From an uncultured Candidatus Binatia bacterium (GTDB lineage Bacteria > Desulfobacterota > Binatia > UBA9968 > CAXXLF01), in NCBI GenBank assembly GCA_965218425.1, contig OZ244621.1, positions 1,920,001 to 1,984,000 on the forward strand: a DNA stretch of 64,000 nt, read 5' to 3'. The position numbers were made by a program, and so were the translations under genes. The notes beneath the pieces were generated by a model. That model did not search any database. It had not been told where the DNA came from and was given only the letters and a program-made list of their open reading frames with translations. This document shows positions 38,298-47,155 of the stretch, in pieces. The stretch's first letter is position 1. Each line of letters opens with the position of its first letter.

Positions 38298-38650
38298 AGC
38301 GTTAACCCCCATCCGACATTCGTTGCCGGTGGATGTCATTTCTGACGCCCACGGGAACAAAGCCGCCCACACGGGGTGGCATGAATGAGAATTCACCTCA
38401 GGTGACGTTCGGAATCCGTCATCCATAGGGCTGCAAACCCGTGCTCTGTCCAATCCTGAAGATTTCCCGTGGAGTCGGTTTTTGTCGGATCGGGGCTAAG
38501 AGTCCGCCGCGCCGTCACTCGTGGCATCTCGTCGATGGAATTTACCTTCCAATCCGAACCAACATTTCCATTTTGAATTCGTTACCGTCTCTATTTGCAG
38601 TTTCAGAGGAGGAACAGAACACAAACCGTGTTAAAAAGAATGAAATAGTC

Positions 38651-38679
38651 TTGACAGGTTAACCTGCAGAGATTATTCT
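38651..38679 (+). promoter_or_regulatory. sigma70 promoter of speA
   Basis: TTGACA-17 bp-TATTCT; palindrome CAGGTTAACCTG overlaps the -35/spacer. Confidence 0.6.
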
Positions 38680-38738
38680 AATAAACTTTAGAAGATCCCT
38701 GGATGTAAGTTCGGGGAAATTTACTTTTTAAGAAAGAA

Positions 38739-40706
38739 GTGAAGATCGAACCGTTTGAAAAAGGCGATTTGTCCACGTGGCGCACCTGGGGTCAGGACTA
38801 CGTGAACGTCAACGACGCAGGTCATCTCGAAATTCTTCCGACGAGCGACGGTGTGGGAAGAGTTGACCTTTATGATCTTGCGAGCGCGCTACACAAACAA
38901 TCCCAGAGTCTCCCCGTTCTCGTGCGCTTCCCGCAGATAATCGATTCCCAAATTGAAAAATTGCACGAGGCCTTCCAAAGCGCCATGAGGACGTTCAACT
39001 ACAACTCCTCATACACTGCGGTGTATCCCCTTAAGGTGAACCATAGCCCAGCCACCCTGTCACGACTTTGTAAAACCGGTAGCAAGTACAGCTTGGGACT
39101 TGAGGTGGGAACCAAGGCGGAGCTCTGTGTGGCTCTTTCGCTTCTTAAGAAGGAGCAGGGCCCGATCATCTGCAACGGTTTTAAAGACTCATCTTACCTT
39201 GAGCTGGCCTCAGTGGCGGCCGGTGCCGGTTATGAAGTGGTGGTGTTGGTGGAAAGGGTACGCGAGTTTGAGCTGATCTGTGATTTGATTGCGCGGGGCT
39301 CTACTGCTCCTGTCCTGGGAGCGAGGGTAAAACTCCATGCCAGTGGCACGGGACGCTGGGAGGATTCTTCCGGGTATCTTTCCAAATTCGGGCTAACGGT
39401 TTCTGAGATCTTTGATGTTACCCGTGTGCTCCGTGATGCAAAACTGCTCAACGCCCTACAGGTTTTACATTTCCATCTGGGGTCACAGATCACCAACATC
39501 CGAAAATTCAAACAGGCTTTGCAGGAGGCCCTAAGATTCTACGTAGAGCTTAAAAAGATGGGAGTTCCTCTCAGGAGTCTGGATGTGGGTGGGGGTCTCG
39601 GCATCGACTACGACGGGAGCAACAGCTCCTCGGATTCCAGTGTCAACTATAACGTTCAAGAATACGCCAACGATATCGTCTACACGAGTAAAGAACTTGC
39701 AGAAAAAGCGCGCATTGAGGAACCCAACATTATTTCTGAGACGGGACGTTTCCTCGTGGCTCACCACGCAGTACTGTTGATCGATCCTCTGGAGCTTCCA
39801 CAGCGCAACCAAAAACCCCACCGCGCCAGGGGACGGACCTCCAGCGTGGATGCCGTCAACGAGTTGGAAGACTTGGCGGTGGAGATCAACAGCAAGAACT
39901 GGCGTGAGTACCTGCACGACGCCTACCAGAAGAAAGACGAGATGCTATCCGCCTTCTCCCTTGGATTTCTCTCTTTGGAACAGAGAGCCCAGGCGGAGTC
40001 CGCTTTTGCCAGGGTAGTGGAGTTGGCTAGCCGCTATGCACGAACGGGCCGGTTCGACAAATCAGAACAGGTGGCGTTGGAGAGGATTTCTTCCACCATT
40101 TTCCCCTTCAATTTTTCTCTGTTCAAGTCTATTCCGGACTGTTGGATCCTAGACCAGCTTTTCCCTATCATGCCGATCTCTAGATTGAGGGAGGTCCCTT
40201 CCATAAAGGCCATCATCGCAGATCTGACCTGCGACTCGGATGGAGTCATCGACAAGTTTGCTCATCCTCGTGAGATCAAGTCGGCCATTGAGCTCCACAG
40301 TGAACCCTGGTCAGATTACTATTCCCTTGCCATCCTTTTCGTGGGTGCCTATCAGGAGGCACTGGGGAGCAGTCACAATCTGTTCGGCACGCCAGCTGAG
40401 GTGGTGGTGGAGGCGGATACCAAAGGCGGATTTAAGATTCTCGATATCAAAAAAGCCCAGACCTGCCGCGAAATACTGATCGAGTGGGGGTTTAACGGCC
40501 AGATGCCCTCTAAAACATCCAGGTCTCGACCCCAAATTGTTGCTGCAGGGAAGGGCAACAACAATGTTCCTTCGGAGGCGGATGAAAGACTGAGAACGGC
40601 TCTGAACGAACTCCTGGATGGCAGCACCTATCTGAATCAGCCCACTGCTGCGGATGAAGCCGGGCTTGCCGTGCCGCAAGGCAAGGTAGTGGGAAAAGCC
40701 AGATAA
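38739..40706 (+). CDS. speA: Biosynthetic arginine decarboxylase
   Basis: VYPLKVNH, CNGFKD, SKFGL, HFHLGSQI, DVGGGLGIDYDG, NFSLFKSIPD.W..DQLFPIMP, DLTCDSDG, GAYQE.LG..HNLFG. Confidence 0.93.
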   Translation: MKIEPFEKGDLSTWRTWGQDYVNVNDAGHLEILPTSDGVGRVDLYDLASALHKQSQSLPVLVRFPQIIDSQIEKLHEAFQSAMRTFNYNSSYTAVYPLKVNHSPATLSRLCKTGSKYSLGLEVGTKAELCVALSLLKKEQGPIICNGFKDSSYLELASVAAGAGYEVVVLVERVREFELICDLIARGSTAPVLGARVKLHASGTGRWEDSSGYLSKFGLTVSEIFDVTRVLRDAKLLNALQVLHFHLGSQITNIRKFKQALQEALRFYVELKKMGVPLRSLDVGGGLGIDYDGSNSSSDSSVNYNVQEYANDIVYTSKELAEKARIEEPNIISETGRFLVAHHAVLLIDPLELPQRNQKPHRARGRTSSVDAVNELEDLAVEINSKNWREYLHDAYQKKDEMLSAFSLGFLSLEQRAQAESAFARVVELASRYARTGRFDKSEQVALERISSTIFPFNFSLFKSIPDCWILDQLFPIMPISRLREVPSIKAIIADLTCDSDGVIDKFAHPREIKSAIELHSEPWSDYYSLAILFVGAYQEALGSSHNLFGTPAEVVVEADTKGGFKILDIKKAQTCREILIEWGFNGQMPSKTSRSRPQIVAAGKGNNNVPSEADERLRTALNELLDGSTYLNQPTAADEAGLAVPQGKVVGKAR

Positions 40707-40952
40707 TATCTGACCCCCAAACCCCTCCACTGAAATCTCTAAGTTGACCCCGCTTCGAACAAAATTAGCAAGCCACGTTCTGTCCTAGTCCGGTCGTTGC
40801 AACTGCCGCAGGCATTTGGGTTGCAAGTCCGCAACTACACCCCAGGTGAGTCATCGAACCGTGGTACAGGCGGAACTGAAGCGCCATCTGATGTTGACTG
40901 TTGATGCTTTTCTCCGACCGATTAATGTCGGATCGGGATTGACTCCCCCTAG

Positions 40953-41144
40953 CGGGTTATTGATAAAAGCTGTTTGCAGGCCGGTCAAAAAGATCTCAGA
41001 GGCGAGACGCGTGAAGAATCGACGAGCGTAGGCGTACTCAAGTGGTACCTTGGAGCGGAAATGATTCCCGTAGCGATCGAGCGCAGCTATCCTAAACGCC
41101 TGCCGGGGCAAGCTGGTGGCATATGAGTCTTTTTCAGCAGCCTG
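40953..41144. mobile_element. MITE with imperfect TIRs, flanked by CTAG
   Basis: CTAG at 40949-40952 and 41145-41148; left CGGGTTATTGATAAAAG vs right (reverse complement) CAGGCTGCTGAAAAAG. Confidence 0.6.
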
Positions 41145-41792
41145 CTAGAGGACTTTCTCCTCTAGCCAACTGGAAAGATCCCTCAAGGTAGGTGGGTTTA
41201 TCTCATGGCCCATTGGGTATTCCTGATAAGTTACCGGGATATTCAAGCGGCTAAGGGCGTCCGCCGCCTCGCGGCCTCGGGCCACTTCAATGGTTTGATC
41301 GTGGGTACCGTGCTGGATCAGTGTCGGTAGGCTTTGGGCCGAAGAAGCGCAAGGCGTGCGATCCAACAACTCGGGAGACAGACGGGAGCTCATGGCCACC
41401 AGTGCCGCGAAACGCTCGGGCCGGTCAAGGGCTAGACTGTAAGCCATGACTCCGCCCTGGCTAAAGCCGAGGGCAACGAGCTTGTGTGGATCTATCTGAA
41501 AGGAGCCAAGGCAGGCATCGATAAATTCCTTCAAATGATCCCGAACGGAAAGGAGCGCTTGGAGATCGGGATTGCCGGGAATCGCCGAAGAGTACCAGGC
41601 GTATCCCGTAGCTCCAGGCCCAATGGAAACTTCATGCGGGGCCTGAGGGCAGATCACCAGAAAGCGCCCGTTACAGATATACGGAGCCAGTCCGAGCAGG
41701 TCCAAAGCATTGGCTCCACGGCCATGCATTGCGACGATGGTTGGGTGGGGACCTTTTCCGCTAGGTTGAAAAACCGTGTGAATGAGGTTCAT
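41145..41792 (-). CDS. Phospholipase/carboxylesterase (alpha/beta hydrolase)
   Basis: MHGRG, GFSQGG, HGTHD, MGHEI. Confidence 0.92.
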   Translation of the reverse strand: MNLIHTVFQPSGKGPHPTIVAMHGRGANALDLLGLAPYICNGRFLVICPQAPHEVSIGPGATGYAWYSSAIPGNPDLQALLSVRDHLKEFIDACLGSFQIDPHKLVALGFSQGGVMAYSLALDRPERFAALVAMSSRLSPELLDRTPCASSAQSLPTLIQHGTHDQTIEVARGREAADALSRLNIPVTYQEYPMGHEINPPTLRDLSSWLEEKVL

Positions 41793-41795
41793 AGC

Positions 41796-43460
41796 TCATT
41801 TCTCCAACGAGGACTTTTTGTACTCGGTCCTCATCTCTGACGAGAGGCGGCCAAGGCGATAAGTCTTCCAGTCGATAAACTTTGCATAGGTTGCCAGGGT
41901 AGGATGGATCTCTCCTATCTTGCGCCACATCTCTTGAGTGATGAATCTGTAGTCTGGATGGCCCTGTGGCATGGTACGAAGCTCGCCGATGTGCACCGCT
42001 TCTCGCAGATTCATCTTCATATACCACCGGATCTTGTATGCGAAAGGGACCACATACTGCGCCTCGTAGGGGAGGATTCGAAAAATGTCTTCATAGAGTC
42101 TTGAGGCCTTTTCCATACAGCGGTCAAATTGGGGTTTGAATCCGGCCTCTTCGATCTCCGCAGGGGTGTCATATCCGTGAACGGTAGTATAGTCCTGTCT
42201 CTCCTGAGTGAGTATTCGGTGCCGCTGCAGGTCCCGATAGAGTCCAAGGTTTCCTAAGACATCGAAAGTATAATAAACCTGTTCCAAGGCCCGTCCCGGA
42301 CGGTCCCGTCGGTGGCCCCGTCGCTTTAAATACTCGTCCAAGATTTTTTTTCGCTCATTTTCTGGCATCCGTTCCACCAAGGCTCGTAACTGGTGGAGAG
42401 GGTGTCGGGAATGTGGGTAGAGGATAGCAGAGATGACCCTTTCCTCTGCTTCCCGATCGTAGTCCACCAACAGGACAGGATCGCTCCGACTCACCGGCGA
42501 GTCCATAGTCACCTGCTCAGCCACGGTCCGTGTTGCAGCGTTGGTTTCGGCAACATATTGGTTGAACCTGGCCCGCTTCACAAATGATGGAATGAGCTCG
42601 TTGAGCGCACCATGGGTGCTGGCCGCTAATTCCCTGAGTTCGGTTAACTCACGGGAGTATAGCTTGGTGATCATGTACTCAAAGGCCTGGCCGTTTCCGA
42701 AGAAGCCAGCGTTGGTTAGCGTTGCTGCGGGCAGGTAGGAACGCAGGATGTCGCAGGCCTGGGCCCTGACCGTGGAGCGATAAGCGGTCTCGGCCCACTT
42801 CTTGAGCTTCTCGTCTTTCTGAGCGTCCTTATACGACAGGGTCCCGCCCCCTTGGGGGTTTCTCAACTCCACCTCCTCAATGGGCAGCGACCTCTTGACG
42901 AACTCAATCATAGGATCGATTTGACTGGAGTATGTTTCAAAAAGAAGCTTCATTAACTCCATATAGGCCTGGCCGTGGGATGAGGCCATAATCTTGGGCT
43001 CACGGTAAAAGGGGTATTCACCCCTTACGTCCTTCTGGTCGAAGCGGACGTAGCGGGTTGACTTCTCCAGCGGAGCAATACCGATGCGCGCGTCTTCAAG
43101 AAACTTCACGGCCACGTTGGAAATGGCCTCACAGGCAATGTGGGCACCGCCAAGCTGCGCCACGGAGTCATCTCCATAGCCCACGAGGACCCTCTCATAA
43201 AAAGCCCTGGCCTTCTTAAGGGCCGCGCTTTGGTCACCGCCGGACCACCGCCCTCCCAAGAGGTCTTTCAGGGCGAGCTCCGGGTCACCGAGGAATTCAT
43301 CTAAAAAAGTGCGCCTGAGACTTTTTGTGGAACGACTGTAGCGGGAGAAAAGGGCCCCGGCAATTTCTTGGGGGAGCTTGAGTCCAAAGACCGGTTCAGT
43401 GATGTTGGTAAAAAAGGGAGCGAGACTTTTTTGCTCAGTTTCGGTGAACGTTTCGTTCAT
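41796..43460 (-). CDS. thyX: FAD-dependent thymidylate synthase, long two-domain form
   Basis: ALFSRYSRS, GYGDDSVAQL, EKSTRYV, YRDLQRHR, ELRT.PQGHPDYR. Confidence 0.88.
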   Translation of the reverse strand: MNETFTETEQKSLAPFFTNITEPVFGLKLPQEIAGALFSRYSRSTKSLRRTFLDEFLGDPELALKDLLGGRWSGGDQSAALKKARAFYERVLVGYGDDSVAQLGGAHIACEAISNVAVKFLEDARIGIAPLEKSTRYVRFDQKDVRGEYPFYREPKIMASSHGQAYMELMKLLFETYSSQIDPMIEFVKRSLPIEEVELRNPQGGGTLSYKDAQKDEKLKKWAETAYRSTVRAQACDILRSYLPAATLTNAGFFGNGQAFEYMITKLYSRELTELRELAASTHGALNELIPSFVKRARFNQYVAETNAATRTVAEQVTMDSPVSRSDPVLLVDYDREAEERVISAILYPHSRHPLHQLRALVERMPENERKKILDEYLKRRGHRRDRPGRALEQVYYTFDVLGNLGLYRDLQRHRILTQERQDYTTVHGYDTPAEIEEAGFKPQFDRCMEKASRLYEDIFRILPYEAQYVVPFAYKIRWYMKMNLREAVHIGELRTMPQGHPDYRFITQEMWRKIGEIHPTLATYAKFIDWKTYRLGRLSSEMRTEYKKSSLEK

Positions 43461-43690
43461 GCTTCTAACCCGGATCCGACATTAATCGGTTGAGGGTATT
43501 ATTCATACGGAGCACCGGCCATACCGAAAAGTAGTTTGGACCAGGTCGTGTGAAACCGACGATCAGTGAAGTTACAGATCAACCTTCCATACGGCGAAAG
43601 CTTTTGCAACATGCGGTCCACGGTCGCTCATATCATGGCTTTTTTGTCGAACAGAGGCTAATCCGGGAGAGAAAATGCCAATCTCATGGT

Positions 43691-43730
43691 GAAACGAAAA
43701 CGGGCCCCCTTGTCGGAAAGAGAGCCCGTT
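43691..43730 (-). terminator. Intrinsic terminator
   Basis: Minus strand AACGGGCUCUCUU-UCCGAC-AAGGGGGCCCGUU then UUCGUUUC. Confidence 0.75.
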
Positions 43731-44075
43731 CGTGGCGCTAAAGCGTCAAAATAATTTTACCAGTGATTTGGCATTGATTGCCGCCGGTTGGCAGGATTTG
43801 CAACACTTCCGTTCATGCCGCGGCCGCCTTAAACCATCAGGTCCGTTAAGGCCTTCCTTTGAAATGCTCGCCGCAGCGAACCCGTACCTTCAGGCACTGG
43901 AGTTGAGGCTTAGCGGAGGCAGCTCGTAGCCGGGCTCGTGTTGCCCGCAGCCAGCGGGCGATAACAGCCTGGTGGAGTCAATCCTTCCATCGCCAGTACC
44001 TCCTGTCTCCTAAAACGGGATGTTCGGAAGTTCTGACCGAACTCCCCACGCCTATGGGAGACTCAAGGCGTAATT
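43691..44075 (-). ncRNA. Candidate structured non-coding RNA of unknown family (~390 nt)
   Basis: TTGACA at 44106-44101 with a weak -10 at 17 bp; several hairpins, a pseudoknot, a long-range stem and a terminator; no long ORF. Confidence 0.55.
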
Positions 44076-44226
44076 CTCCCTTACACTGCGGAAATTAAGT
44101 TGTCAATATTAAATTGGTCATCCGTGGCACGGGCCGGTGCGAGATGTCTTTTTAAACCTTATCTCCTCGTAGGAAGCCTTGATCACTGACGCACTAGCGG
44201 GCTCGGGAGCCTGCCCCCCAGCGGGA

Positions 44227-44412
44227 TCATGTGTTGGAGTTCAGTTGCGGATTGTTTTTTACTGCAAAACGATCCAGGCAGTTGAGCAAGCCGCGGTATG
44301 CCCCGAGATAGCGGTTGATGGTCCTGAGATTGGTGAGGGTCTCCTCCAATAGGGAATCGGCATTCCCTGGGAGATCCATCATCTCTTTATCCAGGCTGCG
44401 TTGCATTGCCAT
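44227..44412 (-). pseudogene. Truncated methyltransferase (N-terminus only)
   Basis: MQRSLDKEMMDLPG....LEETLTNLRTINRYLG; ends before any SAM-binding motif; overlaps the fabF stop. Confidence 0.6.
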
Positions 44413-45682
44413 TTCCCCTACCCACCACCAGCGCGGAGTTTTTGGAGCCAAAGCCGATGCAGTTGCACAGCGCGACCTCCACTTCTTTAGCCACGCCGTG
44501 GTTGGGGAGGTAGTCTAGGTCGCACTCAGGGTCGGGTTCCTCGTAATTTATGGTCGGGGGAAGGTAACCATCGTTCATCGCGAGGATGGCCGCTGACACT
44601 CCCGCCGCACCTGAAGCACCCTGGGGGTGCCCCACCATGGACTTGATGGAACTCATGGGAATGTCATAGGCCCGGCGATTGAAACAGAGACGGGCGGCTC
44701 GGGTCTCGGTCTTGTCGTTCAACACAGTGGATGTTCCGTGCAGGGCTATATATCCCACCTCATCCTTGGCCAGGCCCGCATCTTGAATGGCCAGGGTCAT
44801 GGCCCGCGAGGGCTCCTCGCCGTTAGGATCCAGTCGCACGGCATGATAGGCATCGCAGGTGGACTGGTAGCCCAAAACCTCCGCTAGGACAGATGCGCCG
44901 CGCTCCAACGCCCGGTCCCTCTCCTCGAGGATCAAGATCCAGGCCCCCTCGCCAAGAACAAAACCATCGCGGCGCCGGTCAAAGGGACGGGAAGCCTGTT
45001 TGGGATCGTCGTTGTGTGATACGGACACCGCGCGCATGATGACAAATCCGTTCATGATGGCCGGGGTGATGGTAGCGTCTACACCGCCGGTGACCAGTCG
45101 GTCGGCCGTCCCGAAACGGATGAGATTGAATGCGTAACCCATGGCATCCGTGGAACTGGTGCACCCGGTGGAGATGACATGACTGGGTCCTTTGAGATCG
45201 AAATGAAGGGAGATCTCGCTCGATAGGGAACCCAAAGTTGAGCTAGAGACGTTATAGGCGCTGGTTTTGCGAAGTTGGTCGGAGAAAAAGAGTCGATACT
45301 GTTCCTCGGTGAAGTCCGGCGCACCTCCCCCGCTGCCGAGCAGCACACCCCAGGACCGCCTTTCATCCAGTGTCATGCAATCCGGCTCCACCCCCGCCGA
45401 CTGGAGTGCTTCGGTTGCGGCTGCGATCGCTAGCGGGACGGATCGGCCCACCCGCCTCAAATCCTTGGTGGAGAGATAGGCTTCAGGGTGGAAATCCTTC
45501 ACCTCCCCGGCAATCTGGCATGCAAGAGCCGAGGGGTCGAAGAGACTGATCTGGTCCACACCGCTTACTCCGTGTTTAGTGGCCCGCCAAAAGGCCTTGG
45601 TCCCACTACCGTTGGGGCTCAGTACGCCTATGCCGGTAACCACAACCCTGCGGCGTGAAACCTGTCCATTATTCGAATTCAC
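44387..45682 (-). CDS. fabF: Beta-ketoacyl-ACP synthase II family protein
   Basis: RRVVVTGIG, STGCTSS (catalytic Cys), SRPFDRRRDGFVLGEGA, HGTST, KSMVGH, GFGSKN. Confidence 0.88.
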   Translation of the reverse strand: MNSNNGQVSRRRVVVTGIGVLSPNGSGTKAFWRATKHGVSGVDQISLFDPSALACQIAGEVKDFHPEAYLSTKDLRRVGRSVPLAIAAATEALQSAGVEPDCMTLDERRSWGVLLGSGGGAPDFTEEQYRLFFSDQLRKTSAYNVSSSTLGSLSSEISLHFDLKGPSHVISTGCTSSTDAMGYAFNLIRFGTADRLVTGGVDATITPAIMNGFVIMRAVSVSHNDDPKQASRPFDRRRDGFVLGEGAWILILEERDRALERGASVLAEVLGYQSTCDAYHAVRLDPNGEEPSRAMTLAIQDAGLAKDEVGYIALHGTSTVLNDKTETRAARLCFNRRAYDIPMSSIKSMVGHPQGASGAAGVSAAILAMNDGYLPPTINYEEPDPECDLDYLPNHGVAKEVEVALCNCIGFGSKNSALVVGRGNGNATQPG

Positions 45683-45741
45683 CTTGAACCTTATTTAGCT
45701 TTTTACCGATAGAATGTTCAACAGAACCATTTCAACTAAGA

Positions 45742-46062
45742 TTTTCGCGCCAAGACGCCACCGAATTGCAATCCGAAATCCCAAGCTCGAAATCCCAAAC
45801 AAACGGAAGTACTCAAATTTAAATATCGAAACTCAAAACGAGGTCAATTAAAAGTTTATGATTTTGATAATTTGGATTTGTTTCGTATTGCGGATTTCGA
45901 GTTTCGAATTTGTTATGCTTGGCGTCCTTTACCCTTCGACAAGCTCAAGGCCCCGAGCCCAGTCGAGGGACGTCTCTGCGGTGGTGCATGGTTGTTCTGC
46001 GATAATCTACGTGATTCTGCGGTTAATAGCTCCTAACGCTTTGCGCCATGCGCTTCGCGCAT
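45742..46062. repeat. Nested REP-like palindromic mosaic
   Basis: CGCGCCAAGACGCCA...CTTGGCGTC encloses CTCGAAATCCCAAACAAAC...TTTGTTTCGTATTGCGGATTTCGAG; also CCCTTCGAC...GTCGAGGG hairpin. Confidence 0.75.
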
Positions 46063-46184
46063 TTTCTTTGACTATTTTGGGTAGCTTTTTTAGTCAAACC
46101 GCGAAACTGGTAAGTCTACTAGTTTTTAGTGAAGGGATTTGAGGCTATAATTTCCCCCAAAGGCGTAGTTTGGACGGTAACATC

Positions 46185-47135
46185 ATGGTTTCGAAGCCTC
46201 GCATAGGTATCAGTAGCTGTCTCCTGGGAAATAAGGTGCGCCACGATGGCGGGCACAAGCATGAACCCTATATCACTCAAACTCTTGGTCGGCACGTGGA
46301 GTGGGTCCCGGTCTGTCCCGAGTTGGAGGTGGGCATGGGCGTCCCACGAGAGACGGTCCGTTTAGTGGGTAGTCCGGCCAATCCGAGGATGATCGCTGAC
46401 AAGTCAGACAAGGACTGGACACTGGAAATGCAAAGTTATGCACAGGAGCGGGTCCGAAGGCTCGAGGGGATGAACCTCTCCGGATATATTCTCAAGAAGA
46501 ACTCCCCTAGTTGCGGCATGGAACGGGTCCGGATTTATGGATCGAAAGGAACGCCCAACCGACAGGGACGCGGGCTTTTTGCCCAGACCCTCATGACAAA
46601 ACTCCCCCTATTACCCGTGGAAGAGGAGGGCCGCCTCTGTGATCCGGGGCTTAGGGAAAACTTTATCGAAAGGGTCTTTGGCTATTACCGGTGGCATAGC
46701 TTCGTCTCTAACGGCAGGTCCATTAAAAGACTGGTGGATTTTCACAGCCGGGAAAAGCTCTTTATTTTCGCCCACAGTGAAATCCACATGCGCCAGCTCG
46801 GCAAAATCGTGGCACAGGCTAAGAAAATGAGTTTCGGCGCTGTAGTGGAAGAGTACGGGCGCCTCTTCATGGAGACCCTGGGTCATCGGGCCACGGCGCG
46901 TAAGAATACCAATGTCCTGAGGCATGTGATGGGTTGCTTCTCAAAGCAGCTTTCTTCAGACGAGCGGAAAGAGCTCCTGAGCGTCATTGGGGATTACCAT
47001 GGAAGCCTGGTTCCTCTGGTGGTCCCAGTGACCCTCATTCGCCATTACGTGGATAAGTATGATGTCAGCTACCTTCGAGATCAGACCTATATGCAGTCTC
47101 ATGCAAAGGAACTGATACTTCGCAACCATGCTTGA
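46185..47135 (+). CDS. DUF523/DUF1722 (YbgA-like, 2-thiouracil desulfurase family) protein
   Basis: IGISSCLLG.KVRHDGGHK, VCPELEVGMGVPRE, KKNSPSCG, EEEGRL.D..LRENFIERVF, EL.LRNH. Confidence 0.92.
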   Translation: MVSKPRIGISSCLLGNKVRHDGGHKHEPYITQTLGRHVEWVPVCPELEVGMGVPRETVRLVGSPANPRMIADKSDKDWTLEMQSYAQERVRRLEGMNLSGYILKKNSPSCGMERVRIYGSKGTPNRQGRGLFAQTLMTKLPLLPVEEEGRLCDPGLRENFIERVFGYYRWHSFVSNGRSIKRLVDFHSREKLFIFAHSEIHMRQLGKIVAQAKKMSFGAVVEEYGRLFMETLGHRATARKNTNVLRHVMGCFSKQLSSDERKELLSVIGDYHGSLVPLVVPVTLIRHYVDKYDVSYLRDQTYMQSHAKELILRNHA

Positions 47136-47155
47136 GTTTTGGCGGCTGAAAGTAT

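Noticed and set aside
43730..43990. tmRNA or SRP assignment (CUCCACCA at ~43971-43978; TCAGGTCCG at ~43837)
   Set aside because: No T-arm before CCA, no 5' GGGG acceptor strand, no clean tag ORF; the SRP GGAAGGAAGCAGC continuation is absent.
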